A stretch of 48,244 nucleotides of DNA, from the NCBI RefSeq assembly GCF_001194135.2, contig NC_068987.1, forward strand, positions 367,723 to 415,966, in the 5' to 3' direction. A program made the position numbers and the translations under genes. Below the pieces are notes generated by a model. The model did no database searches. It had not been told where the DNA came from and saw nothing but the letters and a program-made list of their open reading frames with translations. The DNA comes from Octopus bimaculoides (lineage: Eukaryota). Below are positions 38,481 through 48,244 of this stretch, one piece after another. Numbering within the stretch: position 1 is the stretch's first letter; every line of letters starts with the position of its first letter.

Positions 38481-39213
38481 CTGGATACAGATCTGACTGG
38501 ATTCCATTTCCATATTAACGTGGATGTCATGATAAAGTATGTTACATCGGGAAGCTTCAAGATGTTCAAGATAGTGTTTCCCAACGCAAATTCTCGAATG
38601 TCCTCTTCATAGATGGAAAAACAAACTTTGTAACCAGAAGCTGACATATTTAATATCATATCTTTTATGCTGCAGTCGAGTAAGATATACGATTGACGCC
38701 ATTATCAAGTATTGTTAGATTTATTTTAAGATTTGAGTAACTGGATCCAAACCGGAAAAGAACAAGAGCAAGTGATTATGGAGGAGTCGTGAAACCATAT
38801 CCGTTTTAGTAGTGTGGCATTGGTAATTAAGACAAGCCATTAATACAATAAGTAGAAAGAAAAAGAGAAGTAGAGAGAGAGAGGCAATAGGTCGTATTAA
38901 ATCGTTGATCAATATTGTTGCTAAATATAACCCCAATGTGGCGTTAGCCAATGTTTCAAGTGTGAATACATTTAGATGTACTTATAGAAGTGCCTCTTAT
39001 ATTGTGTATGTCTTCGTAAACTGGAGCTTCTTGACTTTCCATTTGAGTCAATTGATCTTGTTTTAACCAATGGAAAACATGCGATTCCGAGATTATAAGT
39101 CAAGATTTGAATTTCCACTTTCTAATAACTTATACACACCCTGCTTTTGTGTATTAAAATGGATTTTCACACGTTTTTAAGCGTCAACCTTCAACAATTT
39201 ATCTGTCTGTCTG

Positions 39214-39253
<40 letters not shown>

Positions 39254-39443
39254 CCTTCCTTATTTTTTTTGTTTCCTCTTTGACCTGGGCCATCGTCAAT
39301 CACTCTTTGAGCCGACTCCTTTTTCTTCTCCTTCTTCTCCTGTGTTGAATCTTTCTCTATTCCTGTTTCACTAAATCTCCCCAGTTGTCAATGTAGTGAG
39401 ACAATTGCTCACTGACTTCCAAGTTTCGCCTTGCTTACCTTCA

Positions 39444-39477
<34 letters not shown>

Positions 39478-39719
39478 ATCTTTGTGTGTATTGTTTTTCA
39501 TTTTGTTACTCGTCCTCCCTCCTTCATAATAAAATCACGCACTAAACCCGTGTGTGTAAAAAAACACGGCATCTTGTTGATTCTGCTGATAACATTATAC
39601 ATTTTTGCACCCGACAACCACGGTCTGGTCACGTAGCCTTGGAAAGAGGCAGCCAGGTGCGACGGCAGGTTGTGTGACCCATCATAAATTAAAACACTTC
39701 TTCAATGGATGCAGATTTG

Positions 39720-39825
39720 TTTCTTTCTATCTTCCTTCCTTCCTTCTTTCCTTCCTTCCTTCCTTCTTTCCTTCCTTTCTTCCTTCTTTCCTTCCTTTCT
39801 TCATTTCTTTCTTTCTTTCTTTCTA
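39720..39825. repeat. (CTTC)n/(CTTT)n microsatellite
   Basis: Direct inspection. Confidence 0.9.
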
Positions 39826-40859
39826 AATAAATAACTCAATCAATAAACGACTACGTGATGTATGTAGAGGGGGACATGATGCTTAAGCGCCGTTGGTATG
39901 GCTGTGAAGGCGGGTGGATGTAAGCTTGTTGTATTTTGTACTAGAATTGTTGAACAATAGCGTCGGTAGCTGTAGGTTTCCAGTAGACAATGTCATATAT
40001 GTTCATCGTATTTTTTTCTGAGTGGGAGTGATGTGCTAGTTTCGAACCCTCATAGTGTATCGTTTTATTCCCAAGACAGTAGAATGCGATCTGCTGGAGA
40101 ATTAACTGCTGTTTTTAGCACGCAGAGCGACCGTATAAACAAGCCAAGCTCCCTCATCGCCTCGTGTGTGTGTGTGGGTGTAAGTTATGGAGTGGTACAG
40201 ACCGGACAGGTAGACGGCGGGTTCAAGTGAGACGACCGAACATATGGTAGAGATTGGTGAAGGATGCGGAGCGTGGATGCCGGTGCAAACGTCGTGGGTT
40301 GTGGAGAAGAAAAAAAAGGAGTAAAAAGGTTTGGTGGGGACGGTGAGTTGGAAGTGGGGCGGCATGTGAAGGTAGGNNNNNNNNNNNNNNNNNNNNNNNN
40401 NNNNNNNNNNNNNNNNNNNNNNNNNNNNNNNNNNNNNNNNNNNNNNNNNNNNNNNNNNNNNNNNNNNNNNNNNNNNNNNNNNNNNNNNNNNNNNNNNNNN
40501 NNNNNNNNNNNNNNNNNNNNNNNNNNNNNNNNNNNNNNNNNNNNNNNNNNNNNNNNNNNNNNNNNNNNNNNNNNNNNNNNNNNNNNNNNNNNNNNNNNNN
40601 NNNNNNNNNNNNNNNNNNNNNNNNNNNNNNNNNNNNNNNNNNNNNNNNNNNNNNNNNNNNNNNNNNNNNNNNNNNNNNNNNNNNNNNNNNNNNNNNNNNN
40701 NNNNNNNNNNNNNNNNNNNNNNNNNNNNNNNNNNNNNNNNNNNNNNNNNNNNNNNNNNNNNNNNNNNNNNNNNNNNNNNNNNNNNNNNNNNNNNNNNNNN
40801 NNNNNNNNNNNNNNNNNNNNNNNNNNNNNNNNTTTTTTTTTTTTTTTTTTTTTTTTTTT

Positions 40860-41010
40860 CCTTACATCTTTTCGGGGTCGATATAAATAAAATACCAACC
40901 CAATGCAGTGGACTGGTAGAACTGCAAGAACTTCGGCTCGGATGTTTTGCGGTATTTGTTCCGGCTGTTTGCGTTCTGAGTTCAAATGCTGCCATGGCCT
41001 ACTTCGCCGG
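40860..41010 (+). mobile_element. SINE family B fragments (3' piece then 5' piece)
   Basis: CATCTTTTCGGGGTCGATATAAATAAAATACCA, then GCGGTATTTGTTCCGGCTGTTTGCGTTCTGAGTTCAAAT. Confidence 0.65.
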
Positions 41011-41869
41011 TTTATTTAATCAGCCACTCGTTTTGATGCCATCACCTAACAACCGAGGTACCTCTATTTGGATCTACTCTTTTTTTTGGTATTCCCTCTC
41101 TCCTTCCCACCTGTATCCGTGGTCCTGTAAAGGACTATTGTTACTGCTTTGCCGCCTCACTAAAAAATAAAACAACAACGAAAAAGAAGTTCAAAACCCA
41201 TATACCACAAAATACCTTGTGTTTGTTCGGGCGTTCTGAGTTGGAATCCTTCTGCGGTCGATTCTAGCTTTCCTCTCTTCAAAGTTGGAAAATAAACAGT
41301 CTAATACTGAGACAGCCATTTCTGTCAGTCTGTTTCTCTCTCCACGGAATTACCTTTGTTGAAATGGACCAAGAAAGGGCTGGTTTACAGAGTGGTGTCT
41401 CCCCACGACGAGGAGTTCCTCCTTTTTATGTCCACCGTCACAGCTCAGTCTATTGGCGTCCACTACTTCACATCACCAATGGACTAACACTGTTGAATCA
41501 ACATTAAATTTAAACAGCCGGCGTCTGTGATGTCTGTTAAAAACACAATATTTAACGACAAATATTGCCATTGCAATCCATGAAATATCTTGAATGCAAT
41601 TTCTTAAATAAAACTTTAAGTTTTAAGAAGTTTGTTATTCAACCCCAGGTTCACCTTGGTTTAGTAAATGCGTTCCATCTTTGACCACCCTGTCTCTTCG
41701 TGATTTAAGGGAGATTTAACTGCTGTTTATAGCAGATTGAACTGTATTGTGGGTAGTGTCTGGTTCTGTCTCGACTTTAGATTTACCAGATAGATGGCTT
41801 TCTTTTTTATCAGCTGAGTCAGAAGGGTTGGGTGGGTTAGCGGGTGGGAATGTGGTCCTTGCTCCCACC

Positions 41870-42030
41870 TCGAGACTGGTGAGATTGATGGTAATGTTCT
41901 GTTTAAACAGATGCAAAAAAGACACGAGAAGAGATTCCAGAGGGATGTTGATGTGGGGACAAAGGATTTGGTATAGTCATTAGTGTGGGGGAAAAGTAAG
42001 AGGAGGTGTTGGAAGCAGCAAGGGTGACGA
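41870..42030 (-). mobile_element. Decayed LINE (CR1/L2/Jockey-group) C-terminal fragment
   Basis: Minus strand HTNDYTKSFVPTSTSLWNL...LFKQNITINL (cf. RT..Y.NSF.P.T..LWN.LP...FK). A weaker similar piece lies at 40190-40375 on the minus strand. Confidence 0.45.
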
Positions 42031-42459
42031 GCGGAGAGGGTGTGGTTGAGTGCTGGGAATAGGAAACCAACTCCATTATCTGGGAAAGAACCAGGTTTCT
42101 CTGAGTCATCCTTTCACATATTCAAACCTTTCTGTTTTAAATTCCCTTTCTTTCCTCCAATCAATATATTTCTTTACAAATATCTCCATTTATTTCCATC
42201 TGACTACAATCGGAACTCCCAAACTACTCACTTTCATTGATTTATGCACCTTTCCCCTGTAAATATTGGTCAAACTCTTGAATAAAAAGCAAAGCAATCG
42301 ATATACGTTCAAGGTCACCATAACTCGTCTGGCAGGTAATTCTGTTCAATTAAGCTGCTTTATGTATCACTAATGGCATTATCCGTTAATTATTCAATGA
42401 CGATAACAAGGTTTTTCATTTAACATCATCACCGGTCTGCATATTTGGGGGAAAGGGCG

Positions 42460-43075
42460 GCCACAAAAAGATGAAAGTTGAAGTTGACCTCGACAGGATT
42501 CGAACTCAGAACGTGAACGATTGCCAATAATAATTAAAAATTTCTAGAAGAAAAAAATAAAGTTCAAGAGTTACAAATGCGGAGAACCCCCCAAAACGAT
42601 GATGGGAAATCCCTTTGTCTTTGAACACAGACTTAAATATACGAAACGTTTTGTCCTGCCTTCATTGATTCTTCCGCTTTACCAATAATCCCTTTCTGTT
42701 TTAGGCACAATGCCTGAAGTTTTGGGGACAGGAACACGTTGACCCCAGCTCTCAGTTGATACTTAATTTTACCAACTCTGGTGGAATATTAAATTCAGAA
42801 CATGAAGGAATGCAACTCAACAACACTTGGCATTTGGTCCGCCATTTTACCGAACTTCTAATAAGGGTTTCAGATGTTGGCACAGGGGCAGCAGGCTTTG
42901 AGGGGAGGGGCAAATCGTTTACATCGACCCAGTGTTCAACTGGTACTTATTCTATCAACTTCGAAAGGATGAAAGGTCAGGTCGACTTTGGCAGAATTTG
43001 AACTCAGAAGGTATTAATGCCGTTAAACATTTTGTTCGTCATGCTAACGATTCTATCGACTCACCGTCTTTCAAG
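42460..43075 (-). mobile_element. Three consecutive SINE family B copies (about 42460-42530, 42690-42870, 42885-43075)
   Basis: Each has GACCT/CTT..GCAG/GA.TT.GAACTCAGAA or equivalent; the last retains CTGGTACTTATTCTATCAACTTCGAAAGGATGAAAGG. Confidence 0.75.
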
Positions 43076-43567
43076 TAATAATAATAATAATTCTATTAAC
43101 TGAAAATTAATTTCGTTCGTCGAAGTTCCTATTTATGGACGGTGGTCACCAATTTGTGCGCAGAGAAAAAGAATGATGTTAAATTCCTAAAAATAACTTG
43201 AAATAAATCATTATTATTACAGAAACAACCATTACTTTTTATATTATTATTGGTTAATCGTAAGAATTTAAGCAATTTCTATTCAAAGAGGAATCCAAAC
43301 TAAACAAATTGATTCGTTTTCACAATGAAAGTTCACGTGAGTTCGCCATTTCCCCCGCTGCCTCCATTATTTCAACTGTCGTCTGCCACCATCAGATTCA
43401 CATTTTCCCCATCCATAATATTATTATTTCCCCACTATTTAACAATTGATTGTCATGTTTTAGAATATTTTACTTCATTTTATTGAAATATTACCACTAT
43501 TATTTCATTATATTGCAAACAAAATATTTATTACATCTAATTCAATCTCATATCGAGTGGTCTGTAG

Positions 43568-43895
43568 GCGTTGGTTGTTTAGCCTCAGATCAGCTTCGTA
43601 GACTTTTTAATGATCAGATGTATTCTTGTCGTGACCATCCCATTTGTGTGTACATCGTAGACTATATTGGCCAGTGTATCCCTCTTCATTTAAGACACAA
43701 AGGTGTGATTGACGGAGATTTGGCTGCTATTTCTAGCAGATCGAATAATCTTGGCACGTGGTTTGTTGTTGCTTAATCACAGCTCAGCCCCGATTCATTT
43801 CGCTGGGCATTCTAGAAGTGACCATCCTGCCTTTTAACACTTTAAAAAAAATAGTTCGAGGGATATTTAGCTGCTATTTCTAGCAGGTCGTGTGA
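43568..43895 (+). mobile_element. Two head-to-tail copies of repeat D
   Basis: GTTGTTTAGCCTCAGATCAG...GTGACCATCCC...GATTTGGCTGCTATTTCTAGCAGATCG, then GTTGTTGCTTAATCACAGCTCAG...GTGACCATCC...GATATTTAGCTGCTATTTCTAGCAGGTCG. Confidence 0.65.
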
Positions 43896-44712
43896 TCGAA
43901 CACATGCAGGCTCTCGTTATTATTCATGTATAATATATCTAGGACTACATGATCTAATGTGCCTTATTTTTAAGACAGTCAAGTGTCCTGCGACCTCGTA
44001 AAGCCCCTTTAGAAGGCTTGTTTCACTTGAGTTGTTGTTGTGATGATTGTGAATCTAGTGGTGATGATGATGATGATGATGCTAGTGAAAAGTTGTTTGT
44101 GGCAGTAGTTGAAGTGGTTGCCATGGAGTGGTTGGTCTTTTTTACAGTTTACCTGTAAATCAGTTTTATTTGAAAAAAAAAAAAAGATGAACAAACGCTA
44201 TAAACTGCCCCTCCCATCCAGCTCCCAATCTTGACCTTTCCCCTCATCTAAGGTTTGTGGGTGAGGGAGATTAATTTCCAATATTGAAACTGGGACTGAG
44301 AGACCTTTTATACTGTCCCCTTTTCAGATATAGTCCCTTTTATCTACACCCTATTTTACTGCCCTTTCCCTGCTGGATTGTTTGCCAGGCACCTGTGGTG
44401 TTGTCCAGATACACCTTCATTTCACCCCCATCACAACAAGGGGGTGGATAGTTGGAAATGAATCAACTGACACAGAATACATTCATGAATAGGAGAGAGA
44501 GAGAGATGAGAAAGAGATGAACAAATAGAGAGATGGATAAACAGATGGATGGAGAGAGACAGAGATAAGACAACCACCCCTCCCCAACCCACTATCACCA
44601 CACCCCATTATCAACACAGAATCTACCCCAGTTTTCTTCTGTTGTTTTAACATCAGCTGTTATTATTAGTGAGGTTTTAAAATTTAATGCTTATTCCCTG
44701 AACTTCTATCTA

Positions 44713-44771
<59 letters not shown>

Positions 44772-46499
44772 NNNNNNNNNNNNNNNNNNNNNNNNNNNNN
44801 NNNNNNNNNNNNNNNNNNNNNNNNNNNNNNNNNNNNNNNNNNNNNNNNNNNNNNNNNNNNNNNNNNNNNNNNNNNNNNNNNNNNNNNNNNNNNNNNNNNN
44901 NNNNNNNNNNNNNNNNNNNNNNNNNNNNNNNNNNNNNNNNNNNNNNNNNNNNNNNNNNNNNNNNNNNNNNNNNNNNNNNNNNNNNNNNNNNNNNNNNNNN
45001 NNNNNNNNNNNNNNNNNNNNNNNNNNNNNNNNNNNNNNNNNNNNNNNNNNNNNNNNNNNNNNNNNNNNNNNNNNNNNNNNNNNNNNNNNNNNNNNNNNNN
45101 NNNNNNNNNNNNNNNNNNNNNNNNNNNNNNNNNNNNNNNNNNNNNNNNNNNNNNNNNNNNNNNNNNNNNNNNNNNNNNNNNNNNNNNNNNNNNNNNNNNN
45201 NNNNNNNNNNNNNNNNNNNNNNNNNNNNNNNNNNNNNNNNNNNNNNNNNNNNNNNNNNNNNNNNNNNNNNNNNNNNNNNNNNNNNNNNNNNNNNNNNNNN
45301 NNNNNNNNNNNNNNNNNNNNNNNNNNNNNNNNNNNNNNNNNNNNNNNNTACGTGCTTCACAGCGTCCAAGACATACACACTTCACGTCTGGCTGTACAGC
45401 CTTTTTGTTTGTTTATTTCACCGTTTCGTTTTCCTGTCTTGTTTTCCGTCCGCCACCGCCCTCCACGAAAACAATTTAATTTGTGTTCGTGGGAAGAACC
45501 ATTTTAACGATGCGTACTGCCATAATTCTTCGAAACGCCGGAGTTTTAATGGTGGCAGCTGATGAAGGGGATGTTTCTATGTGGCCTGCTTGTTTGTTGC
45601 ACCTTGTTTACCTTTTTGTCCTTGTTCTTTTGCCACGTCATGTACCCAGTTATGTATCTATATGTACATGTAGATGAACGTATATACATACACGTACATA
45701 TATATGCATATACTCATATATTGTTTAGATCTATATATACATGCACATATATACACACACGCTTAGTGGTAGACACACACCTTACACAGCCCTATACACA
45801 CACAGACACACACACACCCATATATATACGCGCACGCCTACATACACGTACATACACAGCCGCATACACATGCACACACACACACACACACACACACACA
45901 GGAGTGCACACACAAAATAACACACATACCTGGCACGCATCCTTACGCTCTCACACACATACGCACGCACATACACATACACACACGCACACACACCTCT
46001 CACATACACAAACACACACATACACACATACACGTACACACATACACATATNNNNNNNNNNNNNNNNNNNNNNNNNNNNNNNNNNNNNNNNNNNNNNNNN
46101 NNNNNNNNNNNNNNNNNNNNNNNNNNNNNNTACCCAACACCTACAACCCCACACAAACACACACACGAACACACATACTCAAAAACTGCCTGCTGACCAT
46201 CCACTAACCATTGTCCATAAGCACCCACTAACTATTCCTGCTACTAATTCCTTCCACTACGTCACACACACATACACACTAACAGATAAACCACCAAACC
46301 ATGCACACATGCACATACATACGCACACACACGTTCTGTAATCGCGCACGCACAGATATTCACCTCCCTTTTTCACTCTCCTGTCTTAGAAAGAACTTTT
46401 CCCCCACCACCTCCTCTTCCGGTCCNNNNNNNNNNGAACTTTTCCCCCACCACCTCCTCTTCCGGTCCTTTCACAATGTAACCTCGTGGGCATCGGTGC

Positions 46500-46670
46500 C
46501 ATTTTCCTCTTCCTCCGTTCTTCCACTCTCTGAACTTTCCGTCTTTCCGACGAAGGGCTCTGCCCGAAACGTCATACACTCTCTCTTTCCTTTCCTGAGC
46601 GTCCAATAACACTATCCGTATCACGTCCTCACTTTGTTGTTTCTTTGTTATTGTTTTTTGTGTTTTTTTA
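46500..46670 (+). mobile_element. Penelope-like element terminal repeat (pLTR) remnant
   Basis: Contains C(C)GACGAAGGGCTCTGCCCGAAACGTC, the hammerhead-type signature of PLE pseudo-LTRs, in a pyrimidine-rich context. Confidence 0.6.
46541..46579 (+). ncRNA. Minimal type-I hammerhead ribozyme variant (U4 to C substitution)
   Basis: C-C-GACGA-A-[GGGC-tct-GCCC]-GAAA-CG-TC; palindromic ACGT stem III; predicted GUC cleavage after 46573; stem I 4/6 paired. Confidence 0.55.
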
Positions 46671-46684
46671 ACCTATATATATAT

Positions 46685-46725
<41 letters not shown>

Positions 46726-47113
46726 NNNNNNNNNNNNNNNNNNNNNNNNNNNNNNNNNNNNNNNNNNNNNNNNNNNNNNNNNNNNNNNNNNNNNNNNNNN
46801 NNNNNNNNNNNNNNNNNNNNNNNNNNNNNNNNNNNNNNNNNNNNNNNNNNNNNNNNNNNNNNNNNNNNNNNNNNNNNNNNNNNNNNNNNNNNNNNNNNNN
46901 NNNNNNNNNNNNNNNNNNNNNNNNNNNNNNNNNNNNNNNNNNNNNNNNNNNNNNNNNNNNNNNNNNNNNNNNNNNNNNNNNNNNNNNNNNNNNNNNNNNN
47001 NNNNNNNNNNNNNNNNNNNNNNNNNNNNNNNNNNNNNNNNNNNNNNNNNNNNNNNNNNNNNNNNNNNNNNNNNNNNNNNNNNNNNNNNNNNNNNNNNNNN
47101 NNNNNNNNNNNNN

Positions 47114-47145
<32 letters not shown>

Positions 47146-47339
47146 GAGCACAACAATCCTCAAAGATATTACACCTTAGAAAAATGATGAGCCTCACTCA
47201 GTACATCTGACTGTGGTGGGGGAGGGTTGTATAAAAAGTTGTAGGACTCATCCGGCTGGCCAGTTGCTCAGTTTCCTTGGTCACTCAAATGACCAAACAT
47301 CCCCCCCCCCCTGAACTGATGTCAGTTTGTTATTCATTC

Positions 47340-47438
47340 ACATGAAGTGCTTTGCCTAGTCTGGAAATCAAAATCCTGATCTTGCCATCATGATTCCAGC
47401 ACCCTAACCACTTGGCCATGCACTTAGTGGTTAGGGTG
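47340..47438 (-). mobile_element. SINE family C head with an inverted duplicate of its A-box
   Basis: Minus strand GCATGGCCAAGTGGTTAGGGTG...GATTTTGATTTCC; on the plus strand AGTGGTTAGGGTG recurs at 47426-47438. Confidence 0.5.
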
Positions 47439-48244
47439 TGATTAACTCTACAACAGGCTGGGCCCTGTTTCAAGGGCAGTTTTGTGCTCTCGGCAAATAT
47501 GGAAGGAAAATTTCTGACCTGAGCTGAGGTGGTTGTAATTAGGGTGGGGGGCAGAGACAGGTGAGATCCAAACTGACCCCTTAAGAAGAGTAGAAGCCAT
47601 TGTAGGGAGGGTGGGAGAAGAGAATCAGGAAGGGTGTCTGTGTGTCCCTCGTCCCTTTTTTGTTTTGTCCTGTCACTATAATTCACTTGACGACCTTTCC
47701 CTTAAAAAGCCCTACCCTTATTCCTTCTGCCTATGAAATGGTCCTGTCCCTTCACTCTCCTGACAATTCTCACCTCTTGCCATGCCCCTCCACTTCACAT
47801 CTCAAAGTTGTGATCAACTTCTACAGTCAGAGATATCTGTTTGGCTACCTACCTGCCTCTTTGTTTGTCTGTCTGTTTGTCTATCAACCCCCACCTACCC
47901 TATCCATCTACATACCTACGGATCTTTATACCCACCTATCCACCTACCTATGTTTACCTTACCCATTTACCTCCCTCCCCCACATTCCTCCTTATTGCTT
48001 TACTTACCTACTTACTCACCTCCCCCCACCTCCCTATGTCTACCTTCTAAAGAATCTGAGCCCGCTACCCAACTTCCTGCCCTTTCTCACCCCTTAGAAA
48101 CACTGAGGGGACACACTCTCTTTGCCCTACCCTTCTCCCCCCCCCCTCATACAAAAACATACCTGTCTACCCCTACCCTCCTCACCTATTCACACATACA
48201 GCTCCGCCCTTTTAAATGTGATTGATAAAAGAAAAGAAAACAAG

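Noticed and set aside
41329-41487. 52-codon open frame after a CAG (SVSLSTELPLLKWTKKGLVYRVVSPHDEEF...) as a possible terminal exon
   Set aside because: No recognisable homology, short enough to be chance, and no partner exons. It needs tBLASTn/BLASTX or RNA-seq.
45520-45575. GAAAC...CTGATGA arrangement as a type-II hammerhead
   Set aside because: Stem I cannot form and stem II relies on G-U pairs; likely chance.
46393-46468. 33-bp exact direct repeat flanking a 10-N gap
   Set aside because: Typical unmerged contig overlap; an assembly artefact rather than a biological duplication.

Overview
Eukaryotic, AT-rich, microsatellite-saturated, gapped scaffold. It is most likely from an octopus or other coleoid cephalopod; this is inferred from the tRNA-derived SINE families and the (CA)/(TA)/(CATA) density, not from a database hit. 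I can support no host protein-coding exon, rRNA, tRNA or CRISPR array. Almost all long ORFs in the track are artefacts of microsatellites or N-gaps. The window is intergenic or deep-intronic DNA built from decayed mobile elements: a CR1/L2-group LINE 3' end, three copies of an R4/Dong-like RLE retrotransposon, a HERO-like 3' end, several RTE fragments, two mariner elements with TIRs, Tc1 and maT-like transposase fragments, two MITEs, a Penelope-type terminal repeat, three tRNA-headed SINE families and one unclassified dispersed repeat. I did not find a convincing new multi-gene system. Best leads: (i) three hammerhead-ribozyme-like cores, one inside a MITE; (ii) a LINE whose 3' tail is inverted in place and matches the dominant SINE's tail with a covarying stem-loop; (iii) an RLE retrotransposon whose 3' ends abut (CATA)n; (iv) a tandem pair of CTCF-like motifs; (v) a 10-bp phased A-tract array. 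All family assignments come from motif recognition by eye.
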